A stretch of 64,000 nucleotides of DNA from positions 41,416,001-41,480,000 of the forward strand of contig OZ024752.1 of NCBI GenBank assembly GCA_964016885.1, given 5' to 3'. The notes under the pieces were generated by a model that had not been told where the DNA came from, ran no database searches, and saw only the letters and a list, made by a program, of their open reading frames with translations. The position numbers and the translations under genes were made by a program. This stretch comes from Eledone cirrhosa. Its lineage: Eukaryota. Position 1 is the first letter of the stretch. Each line of letters opens with the position of its first letter. Positions 62,469 through 64,000 of this stretch are shown here, piece by piece.

Positions 62469-63101
62469 TAGGAAGTATTGAGTGATGGTTGCGTGCAAAT
62501 GTCGATGTTGGAATAAGTGCAGAAAAACATCCGTTGTTAACATCAGCTGTAACGGAGTCAAAGCTCTGCTATATCAAACCTCTTGCCTCCAGCCATATCT
62601 AGACAAGTTAAAGACATTCACCACTGCCATTTTCATATGCTGATTCTGCTCTCTAGCTTTCTCGCTTTTGCTTTCAAATTAATATATTTGTCTTTGTGTT
62701 TCTTTCTTTATCTTACTCGGTTGTTTTCTTCATTTTCTTTTCTTAGTTATCTTTCTTTTTCCTTCTATTTTCTTCTCCTTCCAAACGATTGACTGTGTAT
62801 TTGTCATTAAGTGCTGTTCTACATTCGTATACCACATGTTATACTCCATCTTTAAACGATACTATTTCAAGCCCCTTTTGCTTCATTTTCTCTCCCTCTA
62901 GCTTTCTTTCTCCCTCTTTCTATCTCTCTCTCTATATATATATATATATGTGTAGCTCTCTCTATCGCTCTCTCTTTCTCTATATATATAGCTTCCTATA
63001 GCTCTCTCTTTCTCTCCCTATATATATAGTTCTCCGTCTATATATATAGCTCTCTCTCTCTCTAGGACTCTCTTCCTCTCTCTCTCTATATATATATATA
63101 G

Positions 63102-63183
<82 letters not shown>

Positions 63184-63200
63184 CTCTCTCTAGCTCTCTA

Positions 63201-63254
<54 letters not shown>

Positions 63255-63394
63255 AACCTCTCTCTCTCTCTCTATCTCTATCTATCTATCTATCTATCTC
63301 TCGCTCTCCCTTGTTTTTTTTTTCACACTATGTATTTTTTTCTCTTTATCTGTGAAACATGTTCGTAATCTGTTCAGATCCCTCAGTATACAAG

Positions 63395-63450
<56 letters not shown>

Positions 63451-64000
63451 CAGAGTCCTATTACAACCCTAAACACCATATGCCTGTGATATAATTCCCA
63501 TTCTGTTGGGTAAACTTAAAATTAAGACTGTGAGATCGAAACTGGCCGTCAGCGAAACATTTTCTTTTTTTATGCGAGGTCTGTTTACAAATTCTCAGAG
63601 GTCATAAGGCCACAGGAGCAGATAAAATATATTTGACAGGTTGACAAGTTAATAGAAAAATGGAAAAAATAATTTAAATAAAAATCGTACGTTATTTTTT
63701 GGAGGGCGGCGAGTCTGTTAAAGCATAATTGTAAGCCGCAACCTACAAACTACACACTGAACTCTCGTTCAAGAAACGAGAATTTGTATTAACATGTGTA
63801 GATGTATAGTTAAACAATATAACAGTTTTTATAGACACGGAAGGGCTTACGTTCATTGAAAGAAATGTCTAATATCAGTGCATAATTTATAATCTATTTA
63901 TGTATTGAAGAGGAAGATATACTGAATATGATGCCCTAGAAACTTTAAACAACTGATTTGGGGTTGTGATATTTCAACTGATAATACCAATTGACCTCGA

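Overview
Eukaryotic, very microsatellite-rich genomic DNA, probably from an octopod cephalopod judging by the SINE/LINE repertoire (inference). Almost every ORF in the supplied track is a translation of simple repeats. The real coding content is five short, in-phase GT-AG exons of a choline O-acetyltransferase (ChAT) gene on the + strand (14288-14341, 36117-36297, 42282-42459, 43893-44104, 59904-60004, the last carrying the catalytic His). The gene extends beyond both ends of the window. The main discovery is in the introns: at least 10 unrelated families of short (about 150-500 bp) non-coding elements sit in (TA)n tracts, and each carries a type I hammerhead ribozyme motif (stem I-CUGANGA-stem II-GAAA-stem III-NUH-stem I'). 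They show compensatory stem changes, palindromic stem III loops, a shared TTGAGTRC tail motif and a recurrent head-to-head inverted layout. This looks like a large radiation of non-autonomous Penelope-like/retrozyme elements, several oriented so they could cut the ChAT pre-mRNA. Also present are tRNA-derived SINEs, R4/Dong, Tx1/L1-like and RTE LINE 3' fragments, a hAT MITE carrying an array of AP-1-like sites, exon-flanking tandem arrays (45, 99, 200 and about 256 bp units), a degenerate interstitial telomere-like tract and a 200-N gap with duplicated flanks. All RNA structures were parsed by eye; no folding or database search was run. Family letters are my own labels.
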